Source: Actinobacteria bacterium UBA3086 (lineage in GTDB: Bacteria; Actinomycetota; Coriobacteriia; Anaerosomatales; UBA3086). From it: a stretch of 44,960 nucleotides of DNA. Each line of letters opens with the position of its first letter. The stretch's first letter is position 1. Below the pieces are notes generated by a model. That model ran no database searches. It was not told the DNA's origin and saw only the letters and a list, made by a program, of their open reading frames with translations. Shown piece by piece: positions 7,359 through 16,082 of the stretch. The translations under genes and the position numbers were made by a program. The stretch lies in contig DFBG01000006.1 in assembly GCA_002367305.1 (NCBI GenBank), forward strand, positions 1-44,960, written 5' to 3'.

Positions 7359-9221
7359 ATGACATGGCTCATCGACAACGCATGGATCGCTGTGGCGCTG
7401 CCCTTCATTCTGGTCGTCCCCACATGGTTCGCGGGTCGTCTCAACAAGACGCTCGCTCCGGTCATGGCAGCTATCGGCCCGCTCGTGCTCATGGCTGCGG
7501 GCTTCTCGGCCATATTCAGCAACGGTGAAGGAGATCCCTCCGGCGGTTCCATCTCATGGATCCCGGGAGCGACCGACATCCACGCGGGCTGGATGCTCGA
7601 CGGACTGACCGCAGTCATGTTCGCTGTGGTGGGTGTGATCGCTCTCATGGTCGTCGTGTTCTCCATTGGCTACATGCATGGCGATAAAGGCTGGGCACGG
7701 TACTTCATGCTGCTGTCGCTCTTCACCGGATCCATGTCGCTGCTCGTGGCCGCCGACAGCATCCTCATACTCTTCGTAGGCTGGGAACTCGTGGGAGCGT
7801 GCTCGTACCTTCTCATCGGATTCTGGTTCGAGAAGCCATCTGCGGCTGCCGCCGCGGTCAAGGCGTTCATGGTCACACGCATAGGCGACGCCGGACTTCT
7901 GTTGGGCCTCGCACTGCTCATGCGTGAGGTGGGGAGTTTCGGTTTCACCGAAGTCTTCGCTGCGGTTGAGACGATCCCGTCGGGAACAGTCACGGCCATC
8001 GCTCTGCTGCTGTTCGTTGGCGCCGCGGGCAAATCCGCGCAGTTCCCGCTGCATATATGGTTGCCGGACGCCATGGAGGGTCCGACACCGGTCTCAGCGC
8101 TCATTCACGCCGCCACAATGGTTGCTGCCGGTGTGTTCCTGATTGCTCGCATGTGGCCGGTGTTCGAGGCTTCCGAGACGGCGCTCGTGGTCGTGCTCTC
8201 AATTGGCGCATTCACCGCTCTGGCGTCGGCGAGCATCGCGCTCGTTCAGAGAGATATCAAGAAGGTCCTTGCGTACTCAACGATCTCTCAACTGGGCTTC
8301 ATGTTTGCCGCCCTCGGTGCGGGTGCGTGGGGAATCGCGATGTTCCACCTGGTCACTCATGCGGCATTCAAGGCGCTTCTGTTCCTGGGATCCGGCAGTG
8401 TCATCCACGGTTCCGGTACCCAGGACATGCACGAGATGGGCGGACTCAGGCACTCCATGCCCATCACGGCGACCACATGGCTCTTGGGTGCCGGCGCGCT
8501 TGCAGGCGTACCTCCGCTGGCGGGCTTCTTCAGTAAGGACGAAGTGCTCCACGCGGTGTTCGGAGCTTCCCCTGTCGCGGGAGTCATGCTTGCAGTTGCG
8601 AGTCTCATGACCGCGTTCTATATCACTCGCGCTACGAAACTCACCTTCTTTGGAGCGTATAGGGGAGATGGCCATCCGCATGAAGGCGGTCTCTCCATGA
8701 CCGGTCCGCTGATGGTGCTGGGACTCGGCGCCGTCGGGTTGGGATTCTTTGGCCACGGTATCGCCGAGGTTCTGGGTGAGCACGCCGAATCACTCGATCC
8801 GGTGACCGCCATCGTATCCACCGCGATCGCTCTCATCGGGATCGCGTCGGCATGGTGGATCTACCGCGAGGACGTTGTGGCGGACCTGCGACTTCAGTCA
8901 CGTGTGGGTCGCATCTGGGACGCTGCAGCATCCGGTTATGGCGCCGACGCTGTTGCTGAACGAGGGTTCATTCGTCCGGTCATGTCCGGTTCTCGAGCGC
9001 TCTACGAGCGTTTCGAGCGATCCGTCGTGGATGGTGCAGCAGAGGGTTTCGCTCGTGCTGTGAACGGACTCGGACGCATTCTGTCATTGCTGCAGAACGG
9101 AGATGGTCAGTGGTACGGGGCAATGCTGGGGGCCGGCGTGGTCATCATGCTGGCTGTCGTGTGGTCGTACGACTCGATAAATCTATGGGCTGCGAACGTC
9201 TCGTCATGGATGGGTTGGTGA
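7359..9221 (+). CDS. nuoL: NADH-quinone oxidoreductase subunit L
   Basis: 620-aa antiporter-like subunit with GWELVGACSYLLIGFW, KSAQFPLHIWLPDAMEGPTPVSALIHAATMV and a long C-terminal extension. Confidence 0.92.
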   Translation: MTWLIDNAWIAVALPFILVVPTWFAGRLNKTLAPVMAAIGPLVLMAAGFSAIFSNGEGDPSGGSISWIPGATDIHAGWMLDGLTAVMFAVVGVIALMVVVFSIGYMHGDKGWARYFMLLSLFTGSMSLLVAADSILILFVGWELVGACSYLLIGFWFEKPSAAAAAVKAFMVTRIGDAGLLLGLALLMREVGSFGFTEVFAAVETIPSGTVTAIALLLFVGAAGKSAQFPLHIWLPDAMEGPTPVSALIHAATMVAAGVFLIARMWPVFEASETALVVVLSIGAFTALASASIALVQRDIKKVLAYSTISQLGFMFAALGAGAWGIAMFHLVTHAAFKALLFLGSGSVIHGSGTQDMHEMGGLRHSMPITATTWLLGAGALAGVPPLAGFFSKDEVLHAVFGASPVAGVMLAVASLMTAFYITRATKLTFFGAYRGDGHPHEGGLSMTGPLMVLGLGAVGLGFFGHGIAEVLGEHAESLDPVTAIVSTAIALIGIASAWWIYREDVVADLRLQSRVGRIWDAAASGYGADAVAERGFIRPVMSGSRALYERFERSVVDGAAEGFARAVNGLGRILSLLQNGDGQWYGAMLGAGVVIMLAVVWSYDSINLWAANVSSWMGW

Positions 9222-9228
9222 TCGCGCG

Positions 9229-10701
9229 ATGAGCCTTCACCTACTCGTTCTCATACCTCTCCTCGGCGCAATCGTTCTCGGATGCATGCGTTCTGCGTCG
9301 ATAGAGCGCGCGCGTGTCGTGAGTCTCCTGTTCACGTTGTCGGCCCTAGGTGTGTTCCTCACCACCTTGGGCTCGGGGGCTTTCGACGGGGGAGAGCTGG
9401 TGGCGCCTTCGGCGGCACTGGGCGAACTCACCTCCTATCGTTTGGCGATGGACGGACTGTCGGCACCGTTCGTGGCGCTCACGGTCGTCCTCGGGATCAT
9501 CGCGGTCCTCAGTTCCTGGCGAATCTCGGACAGGCCTGCCGCGCATCACGCGTTGCTGCTCGCTCTGCAAGCAGCGGTGACCGGCGTGTTCCTGGCGCAG
9601 GATGTGATCCTCTTCTACGTGTTCTGGGAGGCTGTCCTCATTCCGATGTTCTTCCTCATCGGCGTATGGGGTCATGAGGATCGCAGGCATGCTGCACTCA
9701 AGTTCTTCATCTACACATTCGCAGGTAGCGCTCTTATGCTCATCGGCATTCTGCTCGCCGTGTACTCCACGGGTGAGACGAGCATGGCTGGCGTGGTCAC
9801 GGGATTCCAGGCGATGCGCGAGTACTACGCCAACTCTGGCGTAGCACTCCCGGTGAGTCCCACTCTCGTCTTCTGGCTGATCATGATCGGTCTGCTGGTC
9901 AAGGTGCCAGCCGTACCGGTGCACACGTGGCTGCCCGATGCGCACGTTGAGGCACCCACTGCAGGTTCTGTCATGTTGGCGGGTGTGCTGCTCAAGATGG
10001 GTGGCTACGGGATGATCCGGTTGGGTATCCCGCTGGCACCCGATGTGTTTGCAGATGCCCGAGTCATCTTCGCCATCCTCGGTATCGCAGGCGTCGTCTA
10101 TGGCGCGATCATGGCTTTGAGCCAGTCGGACTTGAAGCGACTGGTCGCTTACTCCTCAGTCGCGCACATGGGCTTCTCGCTCATCGCACTGTCCACAGGG
10201 ACGTTGAACGGGCAGATAGCCGCTGTTCTCATCATGGTCAGCCACGGTGTCGTGTCGGCACTCATGTTCTTCTTGGTCGGCGAGCTCTACGATCGTACGC
10301 ATACACGAGAGATCGATCGGTTCTCCGGCATGGCTCGACTCATGCCGGCATGGGGAACCGTGTTCACATTCGGTGCGCTCGCCAGCTTGGGATTGCCCGG
10401 TCTGTCAGGCTTCCCTGGTGAGTTCATGGCGATAGTGGAGGGTTTCAACGACCTCGGATGGTGGATGCTCATCGTGTTATTGGGTGTGATCCTCGGAGGA
10501 GCGTACAACCTTCGTGCAGTCTTCGCGGTCGGCCACGGACCCGCCGCAAGCGAGTGGGCCGGTGTCTCCGATCTGGACGGGCGTGCGATTCTGGTCGCTC
10601 TGGTCCTCGCCGTTCTCATCGTGATCCTGGGCGTGTGGCCCCGTGCGGTCATAGACGTGGCCACACCCGCTCTATCGATGATTCTGAAAGGGGGTGCGTG
10701 A
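9229..10701 (+). CDS. nuoM: NADH-quinone oxidoreductase subunit M
   Basis: 490-aa antiporter-like subunit with FYVFWEAVLIPMFFLIGVWG, VPVHTWLPDAHVEAPTAGSVMLAGVLLKMGGYG and AYSSVAHMG. Confidence 0.92.
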   Translation: MSLHLLVLIPLLGAIVLGCMRSASIERARVVSLLFTLSALGVFLTTLGSGAFDGGELVAPSAALGELTSYRLAMDGLSAPFVALTVVLGIIAVLSSWRISDRPAAHHALLLALQAAVTGVFLAQDVILFYVFWEAVLIPMFFLIGVWGHEDRRHAALKFFIYTFAGSALMLIGILLAVYSTGETSMAGVVTGFQAMREYYANSGVALPVSPTLVFWLIMIGLLVKVPAVPVHTWLPDAHVEAPTAGSVMLAGVLLKMGGYGMIRLGIPLAPDVFADARVIFAILGIAGVVYGAIMALSQSDLKRLVAYSSVAHMGFSLIALSTGTLNGQIAAVLIMVSHGVVSALMFFLVGELYDRTHTREIDRFSGMARLMPAWGTVFTFGALASLGLPGLSGFPGEFMAIVEGFNDLGWWMLIVLLGVILGGAYNLRAVFAVGHGPAASEWAGVSDLDGRAILVALVLAVLIVILGVWPRAVIDVATPALSMILKGGA

Positions 10702-10702
10702 C

Positions 10703-12229
10703 ATGCCTGAGCCGATCATGAGCCCCTCGTTGACGCTCGCTCTTCCAGTGATCCTGGCCGTACTCGGTGGCGCAGCGTGCCTGCTGTTCGATGCATTCGC
10801 GCGTCCTCGCACCGCCGTTGCGGCAAGTGCTCTGGGGCTGACAGCTGGCGCGATTGCGGCCGGTGTGGTCGTTGTGGACGGTCTTGTGAACGAGATTGCG
10901 TTTCTGGACATCGCCTATGACATGTTCGTGGTGGGCGGCGGGTTCTCGTTCCTGCATTTCGTCATACTCGCCATTGGCGCGATCATCCTCTGGGCAGCAC
11001 TTCCTGTCTTATCCGAGACCTCACGAGGTCCGGGGCAGGCCGCACTGCTGGCTTTCACCGCTGCCGCCTCGGTTCTCCTGCTGGGCGCACTCGACATCCT
11101 CACCGTGCTCCTGGCCTTTGAGATCATCGCCATCACGGGGTACGCACTGGTCGCTGCCGGGGGATCCGGAGCCGCCGATGAAGCGGCCATCAAGTACCTC
11201 GTGCAGGGCGCGCTAGCCGCTGCTATGTTCGTCATGGGTCTGGCGATCATGTTCGGTCTGTATGGCGGCGTAACGGACGTTCGCATTCTCTCATCGTTCC
11301 TGCAGCAGGAGAGTTCGGAGCCTGCGTTGGCCGCCATGGTCCTTCTGTTCGCCGCTTTCATATTCAAACTGGGCGGGTTCCCGTTCCACTCATGGGCACC
11401 TGATGCCTACGAGACGATTCGGCCTGAGGTAGGCGCGTTCGTTGCCACTGCGCCCAAGGTCAGTGCGATGAGTGCACTCTTCATGATCTTCTTCCGTTCT
11501 TTCTCTCTGGACGGTCTGCCGCTCGACGCTCTGTTCGGGGCCGGGGCGCTGGGGGAGCGAATGGTATGGCTCGTTGCTGCGGTAGCTGCCATGTCGATCG
11601 TGTTCGGTAACACTGCGGCCCTGCGTCAGAGTTCCTACACGCGAATGCTCGCCTATTCCGGTATCGCGCAGGTCGGCTATGCCGTGTCCGCCATGGTCCT
11701 GTCCGGCCGCGCTATGTTCCACTCGGTCTTCATGATGGTCGCGTACGCCATCGCTGCAGCCGGTGCGTTCCTAGTCGCCGCCGCCGTGTATCGATACCGG
11801 TCGGACTGGGACGGGAGTATCCGTGGACTAGCCGGAATCGGGCGTGAGAGACCGCTCCTGGGCTTTTCGCTCGCGGTTCTGATGTTCTCTCTCACCGGTA
11901 TCCCCATGACGGCTGGATTCATGGGCAAGTATCTGGTCTTCGCCGCACTCGCAGTCAACGGATGGACGTGGCTTGCAATACTCGGTGCCATTGGTTCCGC
12001 AGTGTCGTTCGGATACTACGGGTCGGTGTTGCGGTGGGCGTTCTTCGAGGATGCACCTGCCGACGAGACCGCCGAGATGCCCCAGGACTCAACACTGGAA
12101 TCGCCATGCAACGCACTCACGTGGGGGGCGACCGTCTTTGTAGCGTTGACGCTGCTCATTGGGTGTCAGCCGCTGCTCATGTCGCTCGATATCGCAGCTC
12201 GGCTTCTGGATCTCGGCTTCGGCGCCTAA
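10703..12229 (+). CDS. nuoN: NADH-quinone oxidoreductase subunit N
   Basis: Antiporter-like subunit with GGFPFHSWAPDAYE and MLAYSGIAQVGY. ATG 10703 follows AAAGGGGG. GTG 10694 is an alternative start. Confidence 0.9.
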   Translation: MPEPIMSPSLTLALPVILAVLGGAACLLFDAFARPRTAVAASALGLTAGAIAAGVVVVDGLVNEIAFLDIAYDMFVVGGGFSFLHFVILAIGAIILWAALPVLSETSRGPGQAALLAFTAAASVLLLGALDILTVLLAFEIIAITGYALVAAGGSGAADEAAIKYLVQGALAAAMFVMGLAIMFGLYGGVTDVRILSSFLQQESSEPALAAMVLLFAAFIFKLGGFPFHSWAPDAYETIRPEVGAFVATAPKVSAMSALFMIFFRSFSLDGLPLDALFGAGALGERMVWLVAAVAAMSIVFGNTAALRQSSYTRMLAYSGIAQVGYAVSAMVLSGRAMFHSVFMMVAYAIAAAGAFLVAAAVYRYRSDWDGSIRGLAGIGRERPLLGFSLAVLMFSLTGIPMTAGFMGKYLVFAALAVNGWTWLAILGAIGSAVSFGYYGSVLRWAFFEDAPADETAEMPQDSTLESPCNALTWGATVFVALTLLIGCQPLLMSLDIAARLLDLGFGA

Positions 12230-12267
12230 GACGCGACCAGCGGCGAGAGGAAAATACTCACAGATAC

Positions 12268-12296
12268 TTGCATCAAATATTGAGCGGGTGTATTCT
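12268..12296 (+). promoter_or_regulatory. Candidate promoter in the nuoN-downstream spacer
   Basis: TTGCAT (12268-12273), exactly 17 nt, TATTCT (12291-12296), in an AT-richer spacer. Confidence 0.25.
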
Positions 12297-12306
12297 ACAT
12301 GCATGA

Positions 12307-12324
12307 GTTGCACGTAAGTGCAAC
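12307..12324 (+). other. GNRA-tetraloop hairpin
   Basis: gttgcac / gtaa / gtgcaac is a perfect 7-bp stem with a GTAA loop. Confidence 0.4.
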
Positions 12325-12335
12325 CCCTTACCCCT

Positions 12336-12372
12336 GAGCCTCAAGGTGCCGGCCTTGGGGCTCCCCCATTTT
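12336..12372 (+). terminator. Candidate intrinsic terminator (for the nuo operon and/or a short independent transcript)
   Basis: gagcctcaagg / tgccgg / ccttggggctc forms an 11-bp stem with one G-U, followed by ccccaTTTTc. The T-tract is short and offset by 5 nt. Confidence 0.35.
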
Positions 12373-12540
12373 CTGTGGCACTTTCAGGCATATACCCCTC
12401 TTTGCGTCTCGGTATTATTGTGTCGCTCCTGTCTGGATGAGGGGCATGAATTGCCGATGAACCGCATATTGTGCCGTTCATCCAATCGAGATGCGTCGGG
12501 CATTAAGGGCACGCATTCACTAACCGATACTTCAGGGGAC

Positions 12541-12804
12541 ATGATTATTTCTGAGGAGCAGGTCAGACTCGCCGTCAGATACCTGCAGACGCCAGACGCA
12601 AAGTGCGCAGATCTCCAAGGCTGCAGCGCGGTCTCCATCCCTCCCGAGCTCCTCGACAGGGTCAAGGCTGAACTTGACTCGACGCCTGAGACTCGACAGG
12701 ACAGGGTTGACCATGCGCGCACCATGCTTGACGGTCATACTCCCTCGTCTCGTGAGGTGGCCGACAAGATGATCGGGCGTATAGTCTCCGATTCGCTCCG
12801 CTAG
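12541..12804 (+). CDS. Small protein with an FlgM-like (anti-sigma-28 family) C-terminus
   Basis: 87 aa starting at ATG 12541, which follows CAGGGGAC. The C-terminal RQDRVDHARTMLDGHTPSSREVADKMIGRIVSD fits the FlgM pattern (RV...k..i..G.y.v....vAdKml). The upstream part of ORF 12346-12804 looks non-coding. Confidence 0.4.
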   Translation: MIISEEQVRLAVRYLQTPDAKCADLQGCSAVSIPPELLDRVKAELDSTPETRQDRVDHARTMLDGHTPSSREVADKMIGRIVSDSLR

Positions 12805-12900
12805 AGCCTCCCACTGCCCGGTGGCTCTGGTGTCGAGACGCGCACTCATCCATAATCAACGATGTTCCCGCGACCGCTCGTACGCCGAACGGAGCTCGAC

Positions 12901-13185
12901 ATGAATCCGAAACCCCTTCGTGGTTTGATCAGTTTCTTCATGAATCTCCTGATTCTGCTCGCGATCGCTCTGACCGTGAAGGTCGTGATCGTGTTCTTTG
13001 GCGCGATCTCATCGCTTGATTGGGTCGACGCGATCGTGACCATTACCGATCTTGTGACACTGCCGCTGGGCGTTGATTCCATTGCTACTCCCTATGGGGG
13101 CGTGTTCGACGTGGACGCCGCCATTACCGTCGGTTGTCTGCTGTTGGCTGAGTGGGGACTCAGCGCGGTGCGCAATAGGGCATAG
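12901..13185 (+). CDS. Small two-TM membrane protein (possibly YggT-like)
   Basis: ATG 12901 follows GGAG. There is an N-terminal hydrophobic helix (FFMNLLILLAIALTVKVVIVFFG) and a C-terminal one (AAITVGCLLLAEWGLSAV). No firm family call. Confidence 0.5.
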   Translation: MNPKPLRGLISFFMNLLILLAIALTVKVVIVFFGAISSLDWVDAIVTITDLVTLPLGVDSIATPYGGVFDVDAAITVGCLLLAEWGLSAVRNRA

Positions 13186-13220
13186 ACTCATCAGGGTTTC
13201 GCATCTAGGAGGAGGAGCAC

Positions 13221-14885
13221 GTGGCCTACACCCGTGAGCGTCTTGGAGAACTGCTGATCGCAGAGGGCCTGATCACCAGCGAGACACTTGATGACGTGCT
13301 TCAGCTGCAGGCGAAACATGGCGGCAAGGTGGGGGAGATCCTTGTTCGTGAGCTTATCCTCACTGAGGACCAGATCGCTCATGCGCTCGCTGGCCAGAAG
13401 GATCTCGACTACATCAACCTCACGGTCTATCCTGTCGATCGTGCGGCAGTCGCTGTCGTTCCGGAGAGATTCGCGCGGAGTCGAACCGTGCTGCCCGTCG
13501 CCTTCGACGGTGATTCTCGGATCATCCTGGCAATGGCGGATCCGCTGGATGTCGAGGCTATGGATGATGTTGAAGTGCTCTCAAATCGGACCGTGACCCC
13601 TGTGGTCGCCGGACGATCGCAGATCCAGCTCGCCATAGACAAGTACATCTCATCGGCTGATGCATTCCAGGAGGTCGTCGATTCAGTCGCGGATGCCGTA
13701 GAGGAGTCCGAGGAGCTGCAGACTGACGATGTGCCTGTGGTTCGACTCGTGAATCAGATCATTCGTGAGGCTGTACACGACCTGGCGAGCGACATCCACA
13801 TCGAGCCACAGTTGCGCGGTGTTCGGGTCCGATATCGCGTCGACGGTGTTATGCAAGATATCATGGAGCTTCCCACCGCTGCCAAGGCGGGCGTATTGAG
13901 CCGTCTCAAGATCATGGGTGAACTCGACATCGCAGAACGTCGTCGACCGCAGGACGGCCGTATCGCCCTACGCGTGGACGACAAACCTGTCGATTTGCGA
14001 ATCGCAACATTGCCCACTCCACACGGTGAGAGCGTGGTCATACGCATACTCAACTCAGAGTTGACGTTCCACTCACTGGACGACATCGGGTTGTCGCGGC
14101 AGCACGTTGAGGCCATAGGCGCGATGTTGGAAAGGCCCTATGGAGCGATCCTCATCTCAGGTCCCACTGGTTCAGGAAAGTCCACCACTCTCTATGCCGC
14201 GTTGCGTGAGCTCAACGACGAGACCCGCAAGATCATCACGATCGAAGATCCCATCGAGTATCAGATGGCCGGATTGACCCAGATGGCTGCCAACACCCGC
14301 ATAGGGCTCACGTTCGCCAGTGGTTTGCGAACGATTCTGCGAAGTGACCCGGATATCGTCATGGTCGGCGAGATACGTGATCCGGAGACGGCGGAGATTG
14401 CAGTGAGAGCTGCACTGACCGGTCATCTGGTTCTGTCGTCGATCCATACCAACGATGCTCCATCGGCGTTGACCAGGCTCGTTGACATGGACGTTCCGCC
14501 GTACGTCACGAGTTCGGCCCTGGTCGGCGTGATCGCACAACGTCTGGTCCGCAAGTTGTGCCCCGAGTGCAAGATTCCGCTCGCCATGTCGACCCAGGCG
14601 CTGGTGGCCGCAGGATTCTCAGAAGAGGTCGCAAAGGACCTCACGGTCTATGGACCGGGCGGGTGCGACGCATGCCATAACTCCGGTTATCGCGGTCGGA
14701 TCGGGATGTTCGAGATCATGCCCATGGACGACGATCTCTCTCACGCTTTCCTGGCGAAGGCACCGGCTGAGGAGCTGAGGACGATTGCCCTCGAAGCGGG
14801 CATGCGCTCGCTTCGGGATGACGCTCTCGGCAAGGTCGCCGATGGTGTAACGAGTCTTGCTGAAGTCAATCGGGTGGTGATCTGA
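13221..14885 (+). CDS. pilB: Type IV pilus / T2SS-type assembly ATPase (PilB/GspE family) with an MshEN-type N-terminal domain
   Basis: GTG follows AGGAGGAGGAG. N-terminal RLGELLIAEGLITSETLDDVLQLQ, Walker A SGPTGSGKSTT, Asp/His box region (MVGEIRD, SSIHTNDA) and tetracysteine CPEC...CDAC. Confidence 0.9.
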   Translation: MAYTRERLGELLIAEGLITSETLDDVLQLQAKHGGKVGEILVRELILTEDQIAHALAGQKDLDYINLTVYPVDRAAVAVVPERFARSRTVLPVAFDGDSRIILAMADPLDVEAMDDVEVLSNRTVTPVVAGRSQIQLAIDKYISSADAFQEVVDSVADAVEESEELQTDDVPVVRLVNQIIREAVHDLASDIHIEPQLRGVRVRYRVDGVMQDIMELPTAAKAGVLSRLKIMGELDIAERRRPQDGRIALRVDDKPVDLRIATLPTPHGESVVIRILNSELTFHSLDDIGLSRQHVEAIGAMLERPYGAILISGPTGSGKSTTLYAALRELNDETRKIITIEDPIEYQMAGLTQMAANTRIGLTFASGLRTILRSDPDIVMVGEIRDPETAEIAVRAALTGHLVLSSIHTNDAPSALTRLVDMDVPPYVTSSALVGVIAQRLVRKLCPECKIPLAMSTQALVAAGFSEEVAKDLTVYGPGGCDACHNSGYRGRIGMFEIMPMDDDLSHAFLAKAPAEELRTIALEAGMRSLRDDALGKVADGVTSLAEVNRVVI

Positions 14886-16082
14886 GTGTCACGTGAGCCT
14901 CGAGCCATAGTACTGGTCCTCGACAGTGTCGGAGCAGGCGAGATGCCTGATGCTGGTGACTACGGTGATGTCGGCAGCAACACCCTCAGCAATACCGCAC
15001 AGGCGGTGGGTGGTCTCGCACTGCCCAACCTGGGCGCCATGGGGTTGGGAAATATCACGGAGATCCTGGGCGTGGCCCGTAACCAGGAACCGCGTGCATC
15101 TTGGGGCAAGAATGCGGAATACTCTGCGGGCAAGGACACCACCACGGGGCATTGGGAGATGATGGGGCTTCAGCTAACCACTGCCTTTCCCACGTACCCT
15201 GACGGGTTCCCCGCGCAAGTAATGGATCGCTTCAGTGAGCTCACGGGATTGGGCTGGCTGGGAAACTACCCGGCTAGCGGCACGGTCATAATTCAGGACC
15301 TTGGCGACGAGCATGTAGCGACCGGCAAGCCCATCATCTATACCAGCGGCGACTCGGTGTTTCAGATCGCAGCTCACGAGGATGTCATTCCTGTGGACGA
15401 GCTCTACCGGCTGTGTGCGATTGCACGCGAGGAAGTGTGCGTCGGCGATCATGCGGTGGGACGCATCATCGCCCGGCCCTTCGTCGGCCCCGATGAGACC
15501 GGCGCGTACGTCCGCACGCACCGTCGACGCGATTTTGCAGTTGCACCGTTCGAGCCCACCGTGCTCGATCGTCTGCAGGAGGCCGGAATCACCAGCTACG
15601 GCATCGGCAAGATCGGCGAGATCTTCGCATGGCGCGGCATCTGTGAGTCTCCTCATTCCGAGAACAACATGCACGGATTCGACAATCTCCTGAAGCGTAT
15701 CAACGATGAGTCCGACAACGGGTTCGTCTTCGCCAATCTGGTGGATTTCGACATGATCTGGGGCCATCGCAACGACGTCCAGGGTTACGCGCGTGGCCTT
15801 GAGGAGGTCGATGCCCGCATTCCCGAGCTTCTCGACGCAATGATCCCTGGCGACCTGTTCATCCTCACCGCTGATCACGGGTGCGATCCGACTACCCAGT
15901 CCACTGACCACAGTCGAGAGTTCACGCCTCTGATCGCATATGTGAAGGGCGTTCCGCGCGGAGTCGGGCTTGGCACGCGCGAGACCTTCTCCGACATCGG
16001 CGAGACGGTTCTGGACTTCTATGGCATACCCGGTGTCTGTGGACGGGGGACTTCGTTCCTCGCGGAGGTGTGTCACGCGTGA
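14886..16082 (+). CDS. deoB: Phosphopentomutase
   Basis: Contains VLDSVGAGEMPDAGDYGDVGSNTL, TGHWEMMG and LTADHGCDPT. GTG immediately follows the pilB stop. Confidence 0.92.
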   Translation: MSREPRAIVLVLDSVGAGEMPDAGDYGDVGSNTLSNTAQAVGGLALPNLGAMGLGNITEILGVARNQEPRASWGKNAEYSAGKDTTTGHWEMMGLQLTTAFPTYPDGFPAQVMDRFSELTGLGWLGNYPASGTVIIQDLGDEHVATGKPIIYTSGDSVFQIAAHEDVIPVDELYRLCAIAREEVCVGDHAVGRIIARPFVGPDETGAYVRTHRRRDFAVAPFEPTVLDRLQEAGITSYGIGKIGEIFAWRGICESPHSENNMHGFDNLLKRINDESDNGFVFANLVDFDMIWGHRNDVQGYARGLEEVDARIPELLDAMIPGDLFILTADHGCDPTTQSTDHSREFTPLIAYVKGVPRGVGLGTRETFSDIGETVLDFYGIPGVCGRGTSFLAEVCHA

